Source: an uncultured Spirochaetota bacterium
Lineage (GTDB): Bacteria; Spirochaetota; Brevinematia; Brevinematales; JAOACQ01
Length of the DNA: 64,000 bases
Direction of reading: 5' to 3'
Assembly: GCA_963783575.1 (NCBI GenBank)
Contig: CAWAOD010000009.1
Span: 640,001-704,000 of the forward strand
Part shown: positions 62,038 to 64,000 of the stretch, piece by piece
How positions within the stretch are numbered: position 1 is the stretch's first letter
How the letters are laid out: every line of letters begins with the position of its first letter
Notes under the pieces: generated by a model
The model's database searches: none
Seen by the model: only the letters and a program-made list of their open reading frames with translations
Told to the model about the DNA's origin: nothing
Made by a program: the position numbers and the translations under genes

Positions 62038-63746
62038 CCTAAACTGAGCGATTCTTAACTATCCATAAAAATAAAACCATGCTAAAATAAAATGGGGTAA
62101 GGAAATGGTTACAGCCATCCTTACCCCGGAATAACACCCATTGGGTGCAAAAGCAGGTAAATTATGACTGAAAAAAATAAAAATCGCAAAATTCAGGGAA
62201 ATGAGATTCAAAAAATCGGCATAACGAAAGATTGTCTTACCAGCCGCGGCGGGCTTACGTTTGTCCTGAGATATCTCAAGAATATTAAAGTTATTCCCCT
62301 GATCAGCGAAGTATTTCAGGGAATTCGCAAGAGCCGCAAAGGTAAAGATATAGAAAAAATTATTTCTCAATTGATGCTGTTTTTCATAGATGGAAGCAAA
62401 TTTACCATGACCCGGTTTGATGAATTGGCAAATGATATCGGGCACAGAAAGGCCATTGAATGCAGCAAAGACAATATGTGCTCATCCCATGTGATAAAGA
62501 GATTTTTTTCAGTGGTAAAAAAGACAATGTTTAAAGAGCTTCAAAAGATTCTAATTAAGCTTTTTGTCTGGCGTCTCAAGATAAAGAACCCGAAAGTTAT
62601 TATTCTCGGACTTGATACGATGGTACTGAATAATGATGACGCTAAAAAGCGAAACGGCGTGACTTATACCTACAAAAAGGTTAACGGGTATCATCCGCTG
62701 CATATGTATTGGAATGGTTTTATCGTGAACCTGGCGTTCCACGAAGGAAGCGAATCCCCGAATCACGGTGACGATCTGTTTACAATGCTGGAAGAAACAG
62801 TGAAGGAAATCCGGAAATGCTATGACAAAGAGGTGCCGATTATCGTTGTGTCTGATAGCGGGTTTTTTGACCAAAAGTATTTTAAGAAGCTGGAAGACCT
62901 GAAACTGTTCTTTATATGCGGCGGGAGAATACTGGATTCAATCAAACTCGATTTGATGAAGCGATTGCCGGAAGAATGGAGAAGGTTTGAGAAAAAAGGA
63001 GATGTAATTGAATACCTGGACTTTCGGGACAGACGGGATAGCTGGGAAAAGGGATACCGTGCCATTTATACCAAATATGAATGTGAAGACGGGGTTTTCA
63101 GATTAGCGTTCGACAGGCCTGAAAATATTATTTATACAAATCTTGAAGAAGCGGAAGTATTGAAAGAAAAGGGGCTTGTGAAATATATGACGGCAGAGGA
63201 AATAGTGAGGCTCTATCATCTGAGGGCAAAAGATGAACTGGTGAACCGTGGAATAAAAGAATTCGTGGATGAAACACTGCCGTTTAAGAGTTTTGTATCA
63301 AACGGTGTATATTATTTTTTATCGATAATAGCGTATAATCTGCTGTCGGCTTATCAGGCGGATATGGATATACCGGAAATACCAGTGGAAAGTTATCCGG
63401 ATACGGTCAGGCGAATATTTATTGATATTGCGGGAAAGATTGTTAAAACAGGCGGGCGGGCTATTTTAAAATTCAGGGAAGAAGTAGTTGACAGGTTTAA
63501 ATTGTTAGATTTGTGGGAGAAATGCGGAACGGTTACCCCGATTTAAAGATGCGCTCTGTTTTCATGGATTAATAAGGGGGTATTGCGCCAAAAATTGAAA
63601 ATATCTCAGAGATTGATGATTTTAGTGCTTTCAAACGCATAAATTCGGCAAATTAACCGGTGACAAAAAAATATATCCAAATTTTTATAAATTTTGGCTT
63701 TTATAAACCTGTTTTTGGTATTTATTAAAAAATCGCTCAGTTTGGG
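62038..63746 (+). mobile_element. IS1380-family element, copy B (1709 bp)
   Basis: Same inverted repeats as copy A; target duplication ATTATA at 62032-62037 and 63747-63752. Confidence 0.9.
62164..63546 (+). CDS. IS1380-family transposase
   Basis: Protein identical to 14382..15764. Confidence 0.88.
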   Translation: MTEKNKNRKIQGNEIQKIGITKDCLTSRGGLTFVLRYLKNIKVIPLISEVFQGIRKSRKGKDIEKIISQLMLFFIDGSKFTMTRFDELANDIGHRKAIECSKDNMCSSHVIKRFFSVVKKTMFKELQKILIKLFVWRLKIKNPKVIILGLDTMVLNNDDAKKRNGVTYTYKKVNGYHPLHMYWNGFIVNLAFHEGSESPNHGDDLFTMLEETVKEIRKCYDKEVPIIVVSDSGFFDQKYFKKLEDLKLFFICGGRILDSIKLDLMKRLPEEWRRFEKKGDVIEYLDFRDRRDSWEKGYRAIYTKYECEDGVFRLAFDRPENIIYTNLEEAEVLKEKGLVKYMTAEEIVRLYHLRAKDELVNRGIKEFVDETLPFKSFVSNGVYYFLSIIAYNLLSAYQADMDIPEIPVESYPDTVRRIFIDIAGKIVKTGGRAILKFREEVVDRFKLLDLWEKCGTVTPI

Positions 63747-63779
63747 ATTATAAATTTCTATGGTTTTATTAAAAGTATT

Positions 63780-63808
63780 TTGATTTTATTTTTATTGATT
63801 GTTATAAT
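63780..63808 (+). promoter_or_regulatory. Putative sigma-70 promoter of metK
   Basis: TTGATT-N17-TATAAT with TGn extension. Confidence 0.65.
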
Positions 63809-63837
63809 CTATGATGATTTATTATAAGGAGAAGTAA

Positions 63838-64000
63838 ATGAGAAAGAAAGACTATTTGTTTACATCGGAATCAGTCAGTGAAGGGCATCCCGATAAACTG
63901 GCCGATCAGATTTCCGATGCGGTTTTAGACGCTTGTTTTATGATTGATCCATATTCGCGTGTAGCCTGTGAAACATTCACAACAACCGGGATGGTTCTCA
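63838..64000 (+). CDS. metK: S-adenosylmethionine synthetase (5' part, runs off the window; absent from the ORF track)
   Basis: [46 protein letters not shown]. Confidence 0.95.
   Translation, partial: MRKKDYLFTSESVSEGHPDKLADQISDAVLDACFMIDPYSRVACETFTTTGMVL

Noticed and set aside
63760..63800. SahR site upstream of metK
   Set aside because: Only a weak half-match in very AT-rich DNA.

Overview
A low-GC bacterial chromosomal segment, probably from an anaerobic, flagellated spirochete. That is inferred from the hyp-rsmI-flgM order, the hpf-hprK-ptsH cluster, fliO and class III RNR; it is not proven. Most of the window is housekeeping: ntrY/ntrX-like pair, ptsH, hprK, hpf, fliA, flgM, rsmI, tex, rrf2-nifS-nifU, uvrA, argB, guaA, ccdA, deoC, ahcY with sahR, split nrdD with nrdG, thiM, fliO, mnmA, mtaB, alaS, and the start of metK. 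Five insertion sequences interrupt it: IS1182, two near-identical inverted IS1380 copies with intact target duplications, IS630 inside the nrd operon, and a deleted IS1595 remnant. The most unusual parts are: (1) an AT-rich island at about 26.2-28.7 kb with an orphan Cas2-like gene (no cas1 or CRISPR array in the window) and a DUF3467 / putative RNase / DUF2283 trio; (2) a 20-bp palindromic repeat family in five copies, two carrying nested insertions and one supplying the alaS C-terminus; (3) a 24-bp hairpin built of heptamer repeats between the two halves of the split nrdD; (4) a secreted RI-type LRR protein behind a sigma54-like promoter with phased upstream repeats. Eight genes carry single frameshift or nonsense lesions, which may largely be assembly errors. 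No rRNA, tRNA or CRISPR array was seen. All family calls come from motif recognition by eye, not from database searches.
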